From a virus (lineage: Duplodnaviria > Caudoviricetes): a DNA stretch of 64,000 bases. The notes beneath the pieces are model-generated. The model did no database searches. It worked only from the letters and a program-made list of their open reading frames with translations, and had not been told where the DNA came from. The DNA lies in the IMG/VR virus record IMGVR_UViG_3300021399_000130, positions 1 to 64,000 of that record. The stretch is one strand, 5' to 3'. The translations under genes and the position numbers were made by a program. The stretch's first letter is position 1. Each line of letters begins with the position of its first letter. This document shows positions 55,530-64,000 of the stretch, piece by piece.

Positions 55530-56301
55530 ATGACGCCAGAATTGGATATTTTGATATAATTCTGTTCCTTATGCTCTTCACTTTGTTTTCATATGATTTG
55601 TCGGAAGCGTACCGTTTGTTCAAACCATTTACGAAGGAACCTGGTTTTAAAAGGTCATCAACAGACCTATCTCTAAGGTAATTATTCTTCATCAAATTTA
55701 TATACGGTAAGATACACGCATCCTGCGAGCCATATGTTACTACATTTTTCCCATTATCATACGAGCCAACTGAAAAGACACTATTCGTCCTTCTCGCCCT
55801 TTGGGTCAGACCGAAACAGCTTTCAAGGTGGGCCTGTGCGATTAACAGCGGAAGGTCAAAACCGGTCTGGTTACATGCCTCAATCATTGCCTCTGGACTT
55901 ATTTGTATCGTCTCCGGGTTGTAATTTTGATTTTTGGCCGCCATTTCCATATAAGATTTCAGAGCTTCCACTTTTTCTTTGAAATTTGGGTCGGTCGCAT
56001 CTTCTTTCATCTTATCAGTGACTTGTGTTTCTTTATTCTTTAGGTTCTTCCAAAGCGATTTAATCTTATCAAGTAAGCCACTCTGGTCGGTATTTTCAAC
56101 AGCTGGATTATTTTGTCCGAGTCTGTCAAGTATCATGGGAACAGCAGAAAAAGTTATTGTCCCAGCAAGAAGAGCAATAACTATTTTTTTAACAATACTA
56201 TTCGTATTATTCAATCCGAGAAGCGAAGAAATCAAACCCTCTTCGACAACCTCTTCCTGAACAATTTGCTTCAATTGCCCTTCTGTAAGAATTACTTTCA
56301 T
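55528..56301 (-). CDS. Peptidoglycan hydrolase (GH73 glucosaminidase-like) with LTE leader and TM helix
   Basis: IAQAHLESCFG, NSVFSVG, RYASDKSY..KV. Confidence 0.75.
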   Translation of the reverse strand: MKVILTEGQLKQIVQEEVVEEGLISSLLGLNNTNSIVKKIVIALLAGTITFSAVPMILDRLGQNNPAVENTDQSGLLDKIKSLWKNLKNKETQVTDKMKEDATDPNFKEKVEALKSYMEMAAKNQNYNPETIQISPEAMIEACNQTGFDLPLLIAQAHLESCFGLTQRARRTNSVFSVGSYDNGKNVVTYGSQDACILPYINLMKNNYLRDRSVDDLLKPGSFVNGLNKRYASDKSYENKVKSIRNRIISKYPILAS

Positions 56302-57404
56302 TACTCAAATAATTTACTCATTTCTACAAAGTTACAGATATCTGGTCCGATTGTTTCCGGATTATAAGTCTTTGCGGATACCTGCTCGTGAATCTTCTTT
56401 AATGTGGTGAGTTCCTCTTCGTGTTTTCCATCGTCATATTTTTTGATAGCCTCGTCAAGGGAATCAACGCACTCGGTCTTTTTCTTAATGAATACGGTTT
56501 CCTCGTCGCCGCTCCTTGCAATCTGATTGGTTAGCATGTCCTTTTCTTCCTCGTCAGTGTATTCTTCCTTACTGTACTTTGAAACAAGGTCTTCAATGGT
56601 CTTGTCGAGGTCTGTTTCCTTTTTGAAACTGTCGGCGATGTTTCCGTTCTTTTCAACGGCCTCGCGGATAACCTTAATGGCCTCACTATACTTTACAATG
56701 TTCTTCTGACCGACTTTATTTTCAGCAATGAATTCAATCGCGCCGTCAAGTCTGTCATTCTCAGTACCAAGATATTTTCCGGCACCTTCACCAACGACGA
56801 CATATCCTTCTGCAACGATTCCGGCAAGTTTTTTCATGCCTTCGTTTAGTTCATTTTCATTTACATTCCAGTTTGTTTCGCAAAGCGTTCCGACAAAATA
56901 ATCAAAATCTATGCCTGAATGGGCCTTGCGGATATTCTCATAGAGTTTATGGAGGGCAGAAAGGGATTTATTCTCTTTTATAGTAGATGCATACTTGTTC
57001 ATGACAGCTTTTCCTTCGGTCGTTTTGAAAAGTTTCGGTGAGAGGTTTTCAAAGCTCTCCTTAAGGTAGCCGAAAGTTTTTCCGCCGAGTTCTCTTGCCT
57101 CTGATATAAGGTTAAGGACCCTGCGTCTGGTTTCAAACTTTTCATTTATGCCTTTTTGCAGTTTATCCAAGTCCTCAATCGTATTTGTTGAATGTAGAGC
57201 CTCATACAGATTTTGCTCTTCATCATTCAGTTCGTCTAAAAGCTCAATAACGTCGTCGCAAGCCGTTTCATAAGCATTGCACTGAATTTCTTTTATTATT
57301 TTAACATTTTGGTTGAGCGTATATTCATTTTTCCCAACCCTTTTAGAAGCATTATTTTTAAGGTTTTCTACCTCTTGTATGATTTTTTCATTAATACTTT
57401 TCAT
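56301..57404 (-). CDS. Putative prohead core/scaffold-type late protein
   Basis: Start MKSINE at 57404 under late motif 57420-57428; helical and acidic; next to portal. Confidence 0.5.
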   Translation of the reverse strand: MKSINEKIIQEVENLKNNASKRVGKNEYTLNQNVKIIKEIQCNAYETACDDVIELLDELNDEEQNLYEALHSTNTIEDLDKLQKGINEKFETRRRVLNLISEARELGGKTFGYLKESFENLSPKLFKTTEGKAVMNKYASTIKENKSLSALHKLYENIRKAHSGIDFDYFVGTLCETNWNVNENELNEGMKKLAGIVAEGYVVVGEGAGKYLGTENDRLDGAIEFIAENKVGQKNIVKYSEAIKVIREAVEKNGNIADSFKKETDLDKTIEDLVSKYSKEEYTDEEEKDMLTNQIARSGDEETVFIKKKTECVDSLDEAIKKYDDGKHEEELTTLKKIHEQVSAKTYNPETIGPDICNFVEMSKLFE

Positions 57405-57441
57405 TTCTCTATTTTTACTGATAAATAGTCGGTCAAGGCCG

Positions 57442-59529
57442 TTATTCTTCGTCATCTAACAAATCTTCATCGGAAACTGTCTCACCGGAAAGGTTTTCAT
57501 CGTCCTCTTCTTCATCTCCGTCTTCGAGTCCCTTAAGTACCTCGTCACGGTCACCGATAAGTTTTTCTACCTTTTCGAGAAGTGAATTTAATTTTTCTCC
57601 TTCCTTTTCACTTTCCTCAATTATTCCGTAGGCTTCATCGCCGGATTCATCCTCTTTTTCTTTCTGTTTTTCGGTCAGCATATCAAGGTATTGGTCAATC
57701 ACGGATTTAACCATTTTTCTTCTTTCTTGGAGTGGCTGTCCGGTCGATGCTGCTGGTGCCGATGCCATGTCGGTTGAACCGGTTGCCGTGCTTCCTTCCA
57801 TAGCGTCAGGTGTTCCGTCAAGGTCCATATCACCTCCAAGTACGCCACCAAGGTCACCTCCGCCTAAGGCTCCGCCGAGGCCACCACCACCTCCCATGCC
57901 GCCCATGCCCTGGTCTTGCTGGGGCTGCATTTGCTGAGGATTGTTCATTGCCTCATAATCTCCATAAATCCTATCAACAGTATCGAATAGTCCGGTCTTC
58001 TTGATTATCATAGGAGTCATCTGCAGTTCAGCCGCCATAGCCTTTTCAAGACGGATTTCACCTAGAATGTCCTTGATTTCGTTATCACTGAGTTTCAAAA
58101 TGTTAGTCTGTACCCAATGGAGGGAAACCATAGGCATACCGATTCCAGGGTCAGCGAGTGCTTGAGATGCGGTTTGTATTCTCTTCCCAAGTGCATCAAG
58201 TTCAAGTGATTCAATCTGTGCCGTAGGGATATTCATTGAAAGCGAGAAGTTTGTAAGCTCTTCCTTAAAACCAAGAAGGTACAGATGAACCATTGCCACC
58301 TTATTAAGTTCAGCGAGCACAAACTGCTGAATACCCATAATCATACGGGCAAAACGTATATCTGCAAGTGATAAGTTCTGTCCTTTACCCTGTGCGTCCT
58401 GGAAATTAATGAACTGCTTCGGAACACGGATTGCGGCAAATATCTTGTTCTGCATGTAGTTTATATCGTCCATTGAAGTGTCGTTGTGGGCCGCCTGCAA
58501 TGTTTCGATAGGGGTAGGTGCAGAAGGGTCACGTACAGGGATAAAGTAATCGCTGGAGACATCAAGGAAGTTTTTTCTAAGGTCGACTTGTCCTGTCATA
58601 GGGTCGATGATTGGTGTTCTCTTGAAGTTGTTGGCGATTTCATTGACGAATGCCGGAACGTCCTTATCGTTAATTCCACCGACATAGATTTTAAACACGC
58701 GTCTTTCAATACTCTTGTCCAAACGATAGATGAGCATTGCATCTTCCATCATTGACCACATTCTCCATGCACGCCTTGCCTTATGGAGTAGTGATACACC
58801 GTACGGGAGGAAGAAAGAGTCGTTAAGGAGGCGGAAATGGGCCACCTGCCACTCACTGTAAGACGTAGCCTGATTCATTCCTGCATGTACGAATCTCACC
58901 TCGTCCGGTTTAAGGTCTTCTCCGGCACTGACAAGCTGGCCACCACCGTAATATCCACTAAGACCGCCTTCATAACGGTCAGTTTCATAAACGGAAAGCT
59001 GTCTCCATCCTTTGATACCATCTTTGGTTACGTTGAGAAGCATATAGTGATTACCGTATTTTACCATCCCACGGGTAATCATACGGAGGGCTGTCGCCAC
59101 TTGAAGTCTGTTATAGAAAAGGTCTTCCAGGATGCTCTTTATCCTTTTTGACTTTGACGAGACCTTAAGGATTTGGTTGTCGCTTGAAAGATTGCATACC
59201 TCGTCCGCAATAATGTCCAGGGCGGTACCGATTTCTGGCACCCCGTCCATAAGGTCACAATCGCGGTACATAAGCTTGACGGCAGTATAGCTCGCGAGGC
59301 TTTCCATATTGTTTTCAATCGCCGCCCTCTGCCACTGATAAGCAAGATATTTTTCCTGCTTGTATTGATTCAGCTTCCTTTCGTATTCAGCCTTGTCGTT
59401 TGTAGCGAAAAGTATTTCATTACCCGGAAGTGTATTGGATAAGAAATCGTTGTTACCCACGGCTTCCGGTTTTGAAATACCCATAATACTTGAAAGGTTC
59501 TGAAAAATAGTCTTTCCGTTATTTGGCAT
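57442..59529 (-). CDS. Portal protein (T4 gp20-like)
   Basis: PEIGTALDIIADE, HFRLL.D..FLPYG.SLL, MEDAMLIYRL..S.ERRVFKI.VG, DYFIPVR, A.RVPK. Confidence 0.93.
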   Translation of the reverse strand: MPNNGKTIFQNLSSIMGISKPEAVGNNDFLSNTLPGNEILFATNDKAEYERKLNQYKQEKYLAYQWQRAAIENNMESLASYTAVKLMYRDCDLMDGVPEIGTALDIIADEVCNLSSDNQILKVSSKSKRIKSILEDLFYNRLQVATALRMITRGMVKYGNHYMLLNVTKDGIKGWRQLSVYETDRYEGGLSGYYGGGQLVSAGEDLKPDEVRFVHAGMNQATSYSEWQVAHFRLLNDSFFLPYGVSLLHKARRAWRMWSMMEDAMLIYRLDKSIERRVFKIYVGGINDKDVPAFVNEIANNFKRTPIIDPMTGQVDLRKNFLDVSSDYFIPVRDPSAPTPIETLQAAHNDTSMDDINYMQNKIFAAIRVPKQFINFQDAQGKGQNLSLADIRFARMIMGIQQFVLAELNKVAMVHLYLLGFKEELTNFSLSMNIPTAQIESLELDALGKRIQTASQALADPGIGMPMVSLHWVQTNILKLSDNEIKDILGEIRLEKAMAAELQMTPMIIKKTGLFDTVDRIYGDYEAMNNPQQMQPQQDQGMGGMGGGGGLGGALGGGDLGGVLGGDMDLDGTPDAMEGSTATGSTDMASAPAASTGQPLQERRKMVKSVIDQYLDMLTEKQKEKEDESGDEAYGIIEESEKEGEKLNSLLEKVEKLIGDRDEVLKGLEDGDEEEDDENLSGETVSDEDLLDDEE

Positions 59530-59643
59530 ATTGTTTCTGTCTAATATATTATTCCGTTAAAATATAGCGTTTTCCTATGATAAAGGAAAGATTACGCCTT
59601 ATAGTATAAATAGTTTAAGGAATGAATAAATAAAAGGAAGCCG

Positions 59644-59874
59644 TTAAAGCTCCCTTTTCTTTTCTCCACCCCAGGTTTCTTCCTTATAGCACTCGAAACA
59701 TCCGCCAATCAAACCGTGCAATAATTGATATGGGGTTGTATAGAATATCCCGTGTTTCTGGCACCTTACTGGAAAAGTTGTTTCATACACCAGATTATGC
59801 TCCGTAACGCCAGAACAATCATACTTGCCACCATAAAGTTTTTCTGCGGCACTGATAAACTCTACCCTGGTCAT
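59644..59874 (-). CDS. Single Zn-ribbon domain of the homing-endonuclease-associated type
   Basis: KYDCS.V...C.KHG.F..TP..LL.G..GC.EC. Confidence 0.7.
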   Translation of the reverse strand: MTRVEFISAAEKLYGGKYDCSGVTEHNLVYETTFPVRCQKHGIFYTTPYQLLHGLIGGCFECYKEETWGGEKKREL

Positions 59875-59876
59875 AG

Positions 59877-61019
59877 TTAAATCACATATATACCAAGTGG
59901 AACATTCTGCTGTATCTTCATCATGCTCTCGGTTATTTTTGCCTGTTCTTCAAGGTAAGCTGACGGACGCATTCTCTGGAGTCTTTCGTCAAGGGCCTTC
60001 ATTGCGGCGTCCCTTTCCTTCTCGGCCTGCTGGATAAGCATCTGGTAATCCATCTGCATTTCTGCTTGTGGAATGCTTACCTTACCGCTATATTTACCAC
60101 GAATGAGCCCCAGGGTGTTCTTTGCCTTTGCTACGAGGAGCTGACGGATTGTGGTCTTTGTTGGTCCGTTGAACATCGAATAATCCATGCTTGAAAGAGG
60201 CACCTGTTCCGGAGTGATGATTACATTACCGGCATTAGCCTTAAGACATTCCTCTTCTCCGCCGTTACTGGTGTCGTAATATGTATACCAGACAGTACAG
60301 CCGATAAGTCCGAGGTCGTTTCCGTGGGGACCTGCATAACCGAAATTAAGTCTGCTTCCCGGGGTTGAAATAAGGTGTATGAGATGCGTTCCTTCGGGGC
60401 CTGCAGTAACCTTATATACTAAATCGCTGTGTAACAGTCTCTTCTTGTACTGAAGGTCTGTCGCCAGGTATGCAACGTCAGCGGCCGGAGCGGTATAGAA
60501 GCCACCCATAGGACCATACATACCACCATATGCACCTACACCAAGCTGACCGAGGCCGCCACCGACACCGAAATCGAGACCGCCATAGTTAGCGAACAAT
60601 GCCGCATAGGTAGGGGGAGGGGATACATACATAACTTTGTTTATCGTTCTCCCGGAAGGAACCATATAGACCTGCTTACCTTTTTCAATGGTAATGAAGT
60701 CCTTCTTAAGCTCCCATGGACCCTCTTGTTGCAGACCAACCTCCTTTGAGAACCAGTTTGAAAAGTCCTTTGACATATCCAGAGTCCTGAGAGACAATGC
60801 ATATGTCATATCGAGATTCGTTACATTCTTTCCGTATAATGTAGCCCACTGTACTTCCGTAAGCCAGTTCTGTACCCTTTCCGCATAATCATCGACACAG
60901 TTTGAAAAAAGGTCACAAAGTATGTCATCTGTCAATTCTACTGAACGAACTGGCGCACCAAGCTCAGACTTAACCTTCCTGAATAAATTTTTCATTTCTT
61001 CTGTAAGTGCTACTGCCAT
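59877..61019 (-). CDS. Neck/head-completion protein (gp13-like)
   Basis: ELGAPVRSVELT.D, LG.IRGKYSG...P; late motif 61049-61057. Confidence 0.75.
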   Translation of the reverse strand: MAVALTEEMKNLFRKVKSELGAPVRSVELTDDILCDLFSNCVDDYAERVQNWLTEVQWATLYGKNVTNLDMTYALSLRTLDMSKDFSNWFSKEVGLQQEGPWELKKDFITIEKGKQVYMVPSGRTINKVMYVSPPPTYAALFANYGGLDFGVGGGLGQLGVGAYGGMYGPMGGFYTAPAADVAYLATDLQYKKRLLHSDLVYKVTAGPEGTHLIHLISTPGSRLNFGYAGPHGNDLGLIGCTVWYTYYDTSNGGEEECLKANAGNVIITPEQVPLSSMDYSMFNGPTKTTIRQLLVAKAKNTLGLIRGKYSGKVSIPQAEMQMDYQMLIQQAEKERDAAMKALDERLQRMRPSAYLEEQAKITESMMKIQQNVPLGIYVI

Positions 61020-61128
61020 ATATAGATTGATTTAAAGTCTTATTTTTGTATAAATAGTTTGTTTATTCCTTTTGAAGTTCTCAATCTTTTTTGTATTTTT
61101 TCATTGAACATTAAAAATAATAAGAATT

Positions 61129-61314
61129 ATGGGTTCTAATGCTTTTTTGTATAAAGGTGACCGTGGCATAATGTATTGCATATGCCCGAAGTGTGGCGAA
61201 ACCGTGCTTGTATATCCGGAGGACGTTTCCGGTACGACAATGAACGGCGCAACGGAATATTTCGTACGTTGTGATGATTGCGGAAACTGGTTTAACACAT
61301 CAGTTGATTATTAG
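61129..61314 (+). CDS. Small Zn-ribbon protein
   Basis: CPKCG...CDDCG. Confidence 0.65.
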   Translation: MGSNAFLYKGDRGIMYCICPKCGETVLVYPEDVSGTTMNGATEYFVRCDDCGNWFNTSVDY

Positions 61315-61316
61315 TT

Positions 61317-61332
61317 TGGCACGGTTTTTGCA
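61317..61332 (+). promoter_or_regulatory. Sigma54 (-24/-12) promoter
   Basis: TGGCACG-GTTT-TTGCA, exact consensus and GG-N10-GC spacing. Confidence 0.7.
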
Positions 61333-61377
61333 AGATACTTTCAGTAACAAAAATAAACGGCTTAGGATATAGAAGAT

Positions 61378-61641
61378 ATGAAAAGATTAGTTTGTAAGGA
61401 GAACCCGAAGATTTACATCGTTGCACCTGACGAGAACATCTGTGAGGTTGGCGGAAACTGTTGGCAGGTAACCGGTCCGCAGCCAATAACTTATGCAAAG
61501 TGCTTCTGGGACCTGGAGGATATGCCTGACCACGAAAAGAAAATCAAGGAACTGGAGAAGATGGTTAGTGACGCTGGGTGGCAGTATGAGTATGACCACG
61601 CTGACGACTGGAGGAGACCCACTGAAATGGGGCAGTTATAA
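61378..61641 (+). CDS. Hypothetical protein
   Basis: 87-aa ORF downstream of the sigma54 site. Confidence 0.6.
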   Translation: MKRLVCKENPKIYIVAPDENICEVGGNCWQVTGPQPITYAKCFWDLEDMPDHEKKIKELEKMVSDAGWQYEYDHADDWRRPTEMGQL

Positions 61642-61662
61642 ATAACATTAAATCAACAAGTT

Positions 61663-61935
61663 ATGACTACCGACAAACAAAAGAGGGCCATCGCGTTCTG
61701 CAACGAACAGTGTGACGAAAAGTTCACAGGAGACATCGATAATTTCGCCGAGGTATCAAAATATCTATCAACCCATCTCGCACAGGCAAAGGAACGTGGA
61801 AACAGACCCAGGTATAGCGTTACAACGCAAAGATTGCTGGATTATTCCCGTGAGGCGTTTGATGTGTTTGACCACGAATATGATAATGACGGAACCGATT
61901 GGGATTATATCGAGTCCGGATTAAGACCTTTTTAA
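61663..61935 (+). CDS. Hypothetical protein
   Basis: T.KQ..AI motif, 90 aa. Confidence 0.6.
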   Translation: MTTDKQKRAIAFCNEQCDEKFTGDIDNFAEVSKYLSTHLAQAKERGNRPRYSVTTQRLLDYSREAFDVFDHEYDNDGTDWDYIESGLRPF

Positions 61936-61939
61936 AACT

Positions 61940-62680
61940 ATGTTCAGGCAAAGAAAATATATCGCGCTTCCCGTCGGTTGGAAGGAGAAATACGGCACAG
62001 ACAAAGAGAGTGATGTGCCGAATTATGTTAAGAAAAACACAAGGGGTGCTTATTTCAGTTGCTATGATATCGTTCCATGCATGTTCAAAAACAAGGAGGA
62101 GGCGGACCAGTTTGACAAGGAGCACCTCAAGCACTACCTTATAAGACAAAAGTTTGCTGACTGGTGGATGTCGACTGAACCGGAAATGATTGAGATTGAC
62201 CCGGATACGCTTGAGGAAGTGAAGCGGGAATATATCTTATGTGCGGCAGTTTGGTATAAGGACGGCACTGAGGCACCCAGAGGACTTATCGCACAGAACA
62301 TTGATACTGGGGTTGTTATAGGTCAATGGCGGCACGGGAACTGCATAAACGTCAGGTCGACTAATCCAGTATGGAACGCTAAGAAACTGACCGAAAGGAA
62401 GCAGGAGGCCCCGATGATAACAAAGTACGAGGACACTCTGGAATATTATGATTATGTTGATGGTTTCCTTACAAGCGAGGGAAACTTCGTTGATAGGTGG
62501 CAGGGAATGAAACTTGCATATGAGGCCGGGCAGGTTAATGAAAAGCGGGCGTTTAGAAGCGAGGAAAGGATTGAGGAAGACGCGATTAGCGATAGGGAGC
62601 TCATGGAAGGCGAACCCCAGCACAGAAGCGGAAAAATGTGTGGGAGATATAATATGATGTATAGTGAGGATTTATATTAG
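61940..62680 (+). CDS. Hypothetical phage protein
   Basis: ILCAAVWY...GFLTSEG.FVDR...AGQ. Confidence 0.7.
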   Translation: MFRQRKYIALPVGWKEKYGTDKESDVPNYVKKNTRGAYFSCYDIVPCMFKNKEEADQFDKEHLKHYLIRQKFADWWMSTEPEMIEIDPDTLEEVKREYILCAAVWYKDGTEAPRGLIAQNIDTGVVIGQWRHGNCINVRSTNPVWNAKKLTERKQEAPMITKYEDTLEYYDYVDGFLTSEGNFVDRWQGMKLAYEAGQVNEKRAFRSEERIEEDAISDRELMEGEPQHRSGKMCGRYNMMYSEDLY

Positions 62681-62682
62681 TT

Positions 62683-63555
62683 ATGAAATATATTACACTA
62701 AGCGAACTTTCTAAAACAATAAGGGAAAACCTATGGAAAATTCCAAGAGATATTGATTTTATAATAACTATTCCAAGAAGTGGTACTATTGCTGGGGCTA
62801 TCATAAGTGAATTTTTAAATGTTCCGATGATAGAAATTGACGCATTTATAAACGGTGTTAAACCAACGGGGGGGGGGCGTATAAGGCATTATAATAATAT
62901 CCATAAAGAGAACACAAACAAAATTCTGGTTGTTGATGATACAGTATATAACGGTACTTCAAAACGCATAGCCGAAGATAAGTTAAAATATTTTACAGAT
63001 TATACATTTGTTTTCATGGCTGTCTATCAAGAGGGACCAAACAGAAACGCTGTTGATTTTTTCTTAGAAGATGTAAGTATGTATACAAATAACTTTACTC
63101 AATTAGTTTTATATGAGTGGAATATTTTCCATCACAATGAAGACATAATGGAAAGTTGTTTATATGACATGGATGGGGTACTTTGTTTAAATCCACCAGA
63201 TGAAAGGAATGAGGAAGAATATTTAACATTCATACGTAATGCCCCACCTCTTTTTATTCCAACGGTAAAAATAGGTGGAATTGCTACATATCGTTTAAAT
63301 AAAAATAGTAAAATTACAGAAGAATGGCTTAATGAACATAATGTAAAGTACGGCACACTTTTTACTTTTAATGCAAATTCGTGGGAAGAAAGAAACGCAA
63401 CTGGTGTGGGTCCGGCAGAATATAAGGCGTTTATTTATTCATCCTCTGAAAAATTCCAGCTTTTTGTAGAAAGTGACAAACAACAAGCCGAAATAATACA
63501 TAAAATATCAAAAAAACCAGTATTATGCATTGAAAACAATAGATTATATGCGTAA
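62683..63555 (+). CDS. Phosphoribosyltransferase + HAD phosphatase fusion
   Basis: IPRSG, LVVDDTVYNG (PRPP loop); LYDMDGVL (HAD motif I), FVESD. Confidence 0.8.
   Translation: MKYITLSELSKTIRENLWKIPRDIDFIITIPRSGTIAGAIISEFLNVPMIEIDAFINGVKPTGGGRIRHYNNIHKENTNKILVVDDTVYNGTSKRIAEDKLKYFTDYTFVFMAVYQEGPNRNAVDFFLEDVSMYTNNFTQLVLYEWNIFHHNEDIMESCLYDMDGVLCLNPPDERNEEEYLTFIRNAPPLFIPTVKIGGIATYRLNKNSKITEEWLNEHNVKYGTLFTFNANSWEERNATGVGPAEYKAFIYSSSEKFQLFVESDKQQAEIIHKISKKPVLCIENNRLYA
62868..62877 (+). repeat. G10 homopolymer inside CDS
   Basis: ACG GGG GGG GGG CGT in an AT-rich gene. Confidence 0.9.
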
Positions 63556-63721
63556 GGTAAAAAGAAAAAGGAAGGAATGTCCGTTAGAATGCGAATGGTC
63601 TCATACTGGCTATTGCCCGGCGTACTATCTACAGAACGACAATGGAGTATTAAAAATGCGACCAAAGAAAAATGCACCTTGTTATAATGAAATTAAAGGG
63701 GATAAATTTATTAATATATGA
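63548..63721 (+). CDS. Small Cys-containing hypothetical protein
   Basis: CP..CEW...YC. Confidence 0.5.
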   Translation: MRKVKRKRKECPLECEWSHTGYCPAYYLQNDNGVLKMRPKKNAPCYNEIKGDKFINI

Positions 63722-63882
63722 TTGATTGGGAACAAGTTAGAGTTGATGCAGCAATCAGCGCGATGCAAGGAGTATTGGAAAGTGGGAAACTTGGAATGGT
63801 ACTTGAAGCCACCCCGGAAGTAGTTGCAAAACAATCAGTTAGATTAGCTGATGCGTTGATTAAAGAACTTAAAGGGGAATGA
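63718..63882 (+). CDS. Small DWEQ...ADALI protein (54 aa, missing from ORF track)
   Basis: MIDWEQVRVDAAISAMQG...VRLADALIKELKGE; pattern I recall from Bacteroidales phages. Confidence 0.7.
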   Translation: MIDWEQVRVDAAISAMQGVLESGKLGMVLEATPEVVAKQSVRLADALIKELKGE

Positions 63883-63885
63883 TAT

Positions 63886-64000
63886 ATGGGAAAAACAAAG
63901 CATAACAAGATTGCATTGAGGGTTCCCAGTGATTGCGTTACGGCCAAGGAAAGAAAGGATTACCAGGACAATGAGAAGCCGAAAAACAAACCCGGCAAAC
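63886..64000 (+). CDS. Hypothetical protein, 3' truncated
   Basis: MGKTKHNK..., open to window end. Confidence 0.45.
   Translation, partial: MGKTKHNKIALRVPSDCVTAKERKDYQDNEKPKNKPGK

Noticed and set aside
57830-57930. GC-rich repetitive stretch in portal gene
   Set aside because: Encodes a low-complexity Gly/Met/Gln tail (GMGGMGGGGGLGG), a common disordered portal C-terminus
1533-61057. T4-type TATAAATA late promoters driving these genes
   Set aside because: The TATAAATA reading lies on the strand opposite every downstream gene, so it would point away from them
177-63947. Many short ORFs antisense or out of frame within long genes (e.g. 2298-2858, 17906-18388, 39200-39829, 52853-53332)
   Set aside because: Shadows of well-supported genes, with no motifs or promoters of their own
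1-64000. Stop-codon reassignment (TAG to Gln, as in Lak and some crAss phages)
   Set aside because: Long genes are intact in code 11, and TAG (47696, 54367, 61314, 62680) and TGA (8442, 10458) end genes at natural boundaries

Overview
This 64 kb window is part of a large (jumbo-type) myovirus genome in the standard genetic code. The host is probably Bacteroidales, inferred from a BACON domain, Bacteroidales-like RmlC/RmlD, scarce Shine-Dalgarno sites and a DWEQ...ADALI protein. Virion genes include tail tube, sheath, tail/neck completion proteins, portal, baseplate spike and candidate internal head proteins. Most of these, or their operons, are preceded by a (C/A)TATTTAT motif, the likely late promoter. 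They are interleaved with replication and metabolic genes (family-B DNA polymerase, SNF2 helicase, GMP reductase/IMPDH-like enzyme, RmlC/RmlD, five glycosyltransferase genes) that mostly have sigma70-like promoters, and the blocks are separated by bidirectional terminators. The most striking feature is four late-expressed adhesin genes carrying six cap-LRR-cap cassettes. These hold 28 copies of a 26-aa repeat with a near-invariant scaffold and six hypervariable residues, all 28 combinations different, which resembles variable lymphocyte receptors, and there is nucleotide evidence of recent exchange between paralogs. Other candidates: a late-promoter-driven ~90 nt structured RNA, a G10 tract in a PRTase-HAD gene, a family of proteins with L/I-x-E leaders (ADP-ribosyltransferase, nuclease, WYL, GH73) and a perfect sigma54 promoter. 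All assignments come from reading motifs by eye; no database searches were run.
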